Virus record (IMG/VR): IMGVR_UViG_3300044771_000012
Span: 1 to 64,000 of that record
Source of the DNA: a virus
DNA: 64,000 bases
Strand: one strand, 5' to 3'
The notes beneath the pieces were generated by a model. That model was not told where the DNA came from. It saw only the letters and a list, made by a program, of their open reading frames with translations, and made no database searches. Numbering within the stretch: the first letter of the stretch is position 1; every line of letters begins with the position of its first letter. Positions 61,871-64,000 of this stretch are shown here, in pieces. Made by a program: the position numbers and the translations under genes.

Positions 61871-62086
61871 TTAAAATGGGCCGTCCCATGTATCGGGCTT
61901 GCAGGTCGGGCAATATAACCCCTTCTCTTCTTCGCCGTGCTCTAAAACATTCGCTCGGATCAAGACGCTATTACAGACCGGACACCGCTTTTCGATGTTT
62001 GGGTTATCTCTGGCCGCCGTTACGCTCAGGTTTCCGCTTTTAAAAAGGTCGCTACTGTTTACAATAAAGGCTTTTGTCTTTTTCAT
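61871..62086 (-). CDS. zinc-ribbon protein
   Basis: CPVCNS...CPTC. Confidence 0.5.
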   Translation of the reverse strand: MKKTKAFIVNSSDLFKSGNLSVTAARDNPNIEKRCPVCNSVLIRANVLEHGEEEKGLYCPTCKPDTWDGPF

Positions 62087-62211
62087 GTGAATAGCTCCAT
62101 CTGCCTGGGGTCGGGGCCTTTCTCTTTTTTCTCTTTGGTCTTCGGCTCCATGGCGTCAGTAATGGTTTTGTTTTCTTCTTCCTCTTCCGGTTTCTCTGTT
62201 AGTTCTTTCAT
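62083..62211 (-). CDS. small acidic/lysine-rich protein (42 aa)
   Basis: Internal ATG, ATGA-coupled on both sides. Confidence 0.35.
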   Translation of the reverse strand: MKELTEKPEEEEENKTITDAMEPKTKEKKEKGPDPRQMELFT

Positions 62212-62375
62212 ACTCTCACCCCTTCCGCTTTCGCCCATAAATAAAGCCCTTCGTCGTTTAGTATCCATTGGCGGCGGTCGTCATCGTTCAGGGTTCCAAT
62301 ATTGGGGCAGGCTTTCCGAATACATTCGTCAAGCTCGTGCCGGTGCTTCCTTATCCATTCCCTTAAATTTTTCAT
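62208..62375 (-). CDS. small hypothetical protein (55 aa)
   Basis: MKNLREWIRKHRHELDECIRKACPNIG... Below the track cutoff. Confidence 0.35.
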   Translation of the reverse strand: MKNLREWIRKHRHELDECIRKACPNIGTLNDDDRRQWILNDEGLYLWAKAEGVRV

Positions 62376-62488
62376 GTCTTCAACCCCTTTCTTACAGGAG
62401 GCGGGCGGGTCTCATTCTCTTGATTTTATTTTCGCTCGCCTATGTGTTGGCCTTCTCTCGGCCTGTAATCCCTCCCGCCTCCACGTCT

Positions 62489-63679
62489 TTAAAGGTTCTC
62501 TGTTTCTTCGAGTAGTTCCCGCATGAGTGCGGGGCCTAACAGTCGATCAAGTTTCTCTGTGTTCTTGGTCGTTGCCTTGAAAAGTTTTGCCGCTTTCGTT
62601 CCGGCTTCATATCCCAAATTGGCCGCCCATTCTAAAGGGTCGGGGCAGTCTTTCAGGGTTCGGGCGTCCTCCGCTAAAGAATTTAAAACATCGGCGGCGG
62701 TCGGGTTGTGCTCAATTCCTTTGCCTTGCGAAAAATAGGTTGACATCGGCTGTCCTTGATACCAAAGCCTAACTTTAAAATGATTGGCGTCTTTCCAGCC
62801 TGGGGCGTTTTTGTTCTCTTCCGCTTTTTCAAGGCTTATTGTTATTTTATGCCGCTTTACAAATCCCTTGACATTTCCGGCGTCGGCCCCTTCGAGGTCT
62901 TCAGGCGTGCCCTGATCTATGGCCTTGATGAAGTCCGTTACTTCTGGCGGTAGTGGATCGAATAACCATGCAGAGCCGTATTTATAACCGCATTGAGGAC
63001 AAGGGCGGGTTAACATTCCGTCGGGGTGCTCTGTCGGGTAAACCCATCCGGCGGCCTTCTTCTCGGTCGTGATCTCAATTACTTTATGGTCAAAATAACT
63101 TTGTTCTCCTGGGGTCTTCGCCTTGTAAACTTCGCCTTTTTTGGCGGCCTTGAAACAGTCGAGGATTAAAAAATCTAAGGGGAAAAGATTAGAGAAAGAT
63201 ATAAGTTTCTTTGGTTTCTCCTCTATCATTAATTTAACAATTTCTTCAATCCTTTTTCGGGCGTCGTTCTCGTCTTTGATCTTCCAGACATTTACTTTTA
63301 CCTTGACAAGAGTTATTTCTTTGCGTGTCTCTGCCGTGCTCTGGTGAATACAACCGCCTTTCATGTCGTTCAAGTGCCATCGTTCCCAAATTCTTAAAAG
63401 GGCGGTCAAGCGTTCGGCGTCCCATCCTGGGCGGTAGTCAATCGAATCTTTGGCTAATAGTTCTTTAAGCGTGTCGTTGATCTGGCCGCCGCCTCTGTTT
63501 CCGATGTTGCCGGAAATAGAAAGACAAAGGGCGGGCGGGGTGATCGGGGTCAAGCTCGTGGTCAAAAAATGCTCCATTCCGCTTTTTTCTTTGAGGTCAA
63601 TTTCAAGCGTGATGGGCAGGGGCCGCCGGTCGTATGTGTCCGGCTTCGTGCTTCCTATAAAAATTATTTTCTCTTTCAT
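62489..63679 (-). CDS. hypothetical protein (396 aa)
   Basis: Long ORF after AAAGGAGGAATAAAAGACC. I recognise no family motif. Confidence 0.65.
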   Translation of the reverse strand: MKEKIIFIGSTKPDTYDRRPLPITLEIDLKEKSGMEHFLTTSLTPITPPALCLSISGNIGNRGGGQINDTLKELLAKDSIDYRPGWDAERLTALLRIWERWHLNDMKGGCIHQSTAETRKEITLVKVKVNVWKIKDENDARKRIEEIVKLMIEEKPKKLISFSNLFPLDFLILDCFKAAKKGEVYKAKTPGEQSYFDHKVIEITTEKKAAGWVYPTEHPDGMLTRPCPQCGYKYGSAWLFDPLPPEVTDFIKAIDQGTPEDLEGADAGNVKGFVKRHKITISLEKAEENKNAPGWKDANHFKVRLWYQGQPMSTYFSQGKGIEHNPTAADVLNSLAEDARTLKDCPDPLEWAANLGYEAGTKAAKLFKATTKNTEKLDRLLGPALMRELLEETENL

Positions 63680-63703
63680 GGTCTTTTATTCCTCCTTTCG
63701 GGT

Positions 63704-63919
63704 TTATTCTTTTTCGTCTCTGATCCGCTTCGCTTCGCCGTCAACAAAAGCATAGTCAACCGGATCATCCGAGGTTTCAACCGTGGTCGAAATTACCGAT
63801 GTCCAGCGTCTTTCAAGGTCGAGGACGTAGTTTTTCGCTTCGTCATGCGTTGCGAATCTTAGGCCATTAAAACAAAATTCCTGATCTCCTGGGGTTTTCA
63901 CTCCTGCTTTAAAACTCAT
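63704..63919 (-). CDS. hypothetical protein
   Basis: ATG at 63919 after GGAAGGAGG. Internal start of the track ORF. Confidence 0.5.
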   Translation of the reverse strand: MSFKAGVKTPGDQEFCFNGLRFATHDEAKNYVLDLERRWTSVISTTVETSDDPVDYAFVDGEAKRIRDEKE

Positions 63920-64000
63920 TTTTATCGCCTCCTTCCTCTTTGGTCTTTCCATCTTTTTTAATATTCATCAGGAAATAAAACGGTCGTGACGCTCCTATCC

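Overview
The whole 64 kb window reads as bacteriophage or prophage-interior DNA. I saw no host housekeeping genes, integrase, rRNA or CRISPR array.

**Layout**
- 1-800: GC-rich repeat block, a sigma70-like promoter and a long non-coding leader.
- 804-41957 (+): small genes, then a packaging/virion operon. It holds a TerS-like HTH protein, TerL, a putative portal, scaffold-like and major capsid proteins, tandem paralogs, two repeat-array fibre-like proteins and a 2497-aa giant protein. It ends in a lysis cassette: membrane proteins, an Amidase_3 endolysin and overlapping spanin-like genes.
- 41954-50588 (-): accessory and recombination genes, including tRNA-Asn, RecT, a PD-(D/E)XK nuclease and two exported proteins.
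- 50589-50730: back-to-back divergent promoters.
- 50731-54564 (+): Cro/CI-like HTH, replisome-organizer-like protein and DUF1064.
- 54664-64000 (-): many small early genes, including RNase H and a Spo11/TopoVI-A-like Toprim protein.

Genes are tightly packed, with GGAGG-type ribosome-binding sites and frequent ATGA stop/start coupling. Functional calls come from motif recognition by eye, not from searches.

**Two strongest findings**
1. A dual-specificity phosphatase gene (1593-2114) has an in-frame TGA exactly at the catalytic Cys codon of its HCX5R loop. A hairpin with a GGUCU apical region lies 15-35 nt downstream. This makes it a selenocysteine/recoding candidate, or else a very recent pseudogene.
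2. A circularly permuted tRNA-like gene lies at 42534-42604 (-). It has the order 3' half, 5-nt linker, 5' half, giving a complete cloverleaf body with a closed acceptor stem and an open anticodon end. About 185 nt of AAGG-rich repeat RNA follows, then tRNA-Asn. I recall this as the topology of YrlA-type Y RNAs and of two-piece tmRNA.

**Other observations**
- Triplicated paralogs.
- A CxxCxxCC + glycosyltransferase-like fusion gene inside the virion module.
- Peptide-repeat arrays shared between neighbouring genes.
- A 20-bp perfect direct repeat in front of the scaffold/capsid genes.
- An apparently leaderless Cro/CI-like gene.
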